From an uncultured cyanobacterium (GTDB lineage Bacteria; Cyanobacteriota; Cyanobacteriia; Cyanobacteriales; CAWUOF01): a DNA stretch of 64,000 nucleotides. The DNA is taken from positions 1,742,831 through 1,806,830 of the forward strand of contig CAVUSO010000001.1 in the NCBI GenBank assembly GCA_963744145.1, written 5' to 3'. The translations under genes were made by a program, and so were the position numbers. The notes under the pieces are model-generated. The model saw only the letters and a list, made by a program, of their open reading frames with translations. It was not told where the DNA came from and did not search any database. How positions within the stretch are numbered: position 1 is the first letter of the stretch; each line of letters opens with the position of its first letter. This document shows, in pieces, positions 63,139 through 64,000 of the stretch.

Positions 63139-63737
63139 GCGATCGCTAGGTTTGGTTTTCTGGCTCTATCCTTTCAAATGAGACATCTTCATACAAATTA
63201 TCAATGCTAGTACGAAAGTCTATACTTGCCAAATGAATTTCACTACCTGGAAAATAGAATTGCAACACCCATAATCCTTCGGGATTACGGTCGAAAGCAG
63301 TCTAATCGCGGCTGCTTTTGACTAATTAAAACATATTCTTGCAAGGTTTCCAATTTTTGATAGTCTACAAATTTATCACCTCGGTCAAAAGCTTCTGTTG
63401 ATTCAGATAAAACTTCGACAATTAAACAAGGATATTTTTTATAATTTACAAATTCTCGATCTCTCGGATCACAAGTTACCATCACATCAGGATAGTAAAA
63501 AATATTAGCTGGATCTATCCGGGCTTTCATATCCGCTATATAGACACGACAACCATTACCTCGCACATGATTTCTTAACAGTGTAAATAAGTTTCCGGTG
63601 ATGGTGACATGGGCATCACTAGCACCAGCCATTGCATAAACTTGTCCATCAATATATTCGTGTTTAATCGAGCTGAGTTCTTCGATCGCTAGATAATCTT
63701 TAGCAGAAATAAAATCTTGACTTTGATTGGCAATCAT
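63139..63737 (-). pseudogene. Uma2-family gene, tandem copy 2, disrupted by a 1-nt insertion (ORF track shows only the first 150 aa, 63285..63737)
   Basis: Near-identical to copy 1 at the DNA level. At about 63283-63286 it reads attacggtcgaaagc where copy 1 (62541-62554) has attacgacgaaagc, which shifts the frame. Confidence 0.6.
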
Positions 63738-63851
63738 AATTTTCGCAAAAAATAGATGGTTTATGTCAAATATCCGGGGGAATACATCGCGATCGCTTGA
63801 TCAATATAGATATAGGGAAGTATATTTGCATCCCTATATCTAGATGGAAAA

Positions 63852-64000
63852 CTATAAGTCAGTAGGAGAATTACCATTACTAGATTTTCTTAATAGATAT
63901 TGCCAAATTTGCCTATTCTCAGCTTGCATATCCCGAATCGCTTGACGATCTTGAGCCGCATTTCTGGTTAAACGAGTCACCGCATCGGTCATTACTTCTA
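63852..64000 (-). CDS. Paralog of the 141-aa coiled-coil protein (partial; N-terminus beyond window end)
   Basis: Hand translation of the 3' end gives ..QIWQYLLRKSSNGNSPTDL* against ..QIWQYLLRESGNGHASTDQ* in 57272..57697. The upstream DNA (..acgatcttgagccgcatttctggttaaacgagtcaccgcatcggtcat..) matches 57380-57440. Confidence 0.55.
   Translation of the reverse strand, partial: EVMTDAVTRLTRNAAQDRQAIRDMQAENRQIWQYLLRKSSNGNSPTDL

Overview
Cyanobacterial DNA with about 42% GC and the HIP1 octamer GCGATCGC recurring throughout. A few housekeeping genes (leuA, glmU, cysC, clpS, a frameshifted aroC) sit among a very dense signal-transduction repertoire.

- 1-25 kb: almost all minus strand and packed with multidomain two-component and c-di-GMP genes. 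A giant REC-PAS/GAF hybrid histidine kinase paralog is split by a frameshift at about 1240. Next is a 1044-aa multi-sensor kinase, then a plus-strand CyRepA-like DUF3854/TOPRIM + P-loop replication-protein gene at 9.3-12.35 kb. A 1954-aa hybrid kinase is translationally coupled (ATGA) to a REC-GGDEF-EAL protein. A kinase, a single-domain response regulator and a hybrid kinase form a tightly overlapping operon next to a LysR regulator.
- 26-54 kb: mixed metabolism and housekeeping genes, plus a second signalling operon (substrate-binding protein, then dCache hybrid kinase, then REC-PAS-GGDEF), an HD-GYP response regulator, a MITE-like element with a second partial copy, CCCCC...GGGGG hairpin repeats and an odd AATTCTAC-type repeat cluster.
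- 55-64 kb: a mosaic, recombinogenic region. A module of a 141-aa coiled-coil protein, a palindrome and a Ser/Thr kinase fused to an FGE (formylglycine-generating enzyme) domain is duplicated and flanked by about 300-bp direct repeats. The second kinase copy is split by an IS200/IS605 element (tnpA/tnpB). A Uma2-family (DUF820) gene was inserted, apparently into the 3' end of a coiled-coil gene copy, and tandemly duplicated, with one copy frameshifted.

No rRNA, tRNA or CRISPR array was recognised by eye. Coordinates I derived by hand (not from the ORF track) may be off by a few nt.
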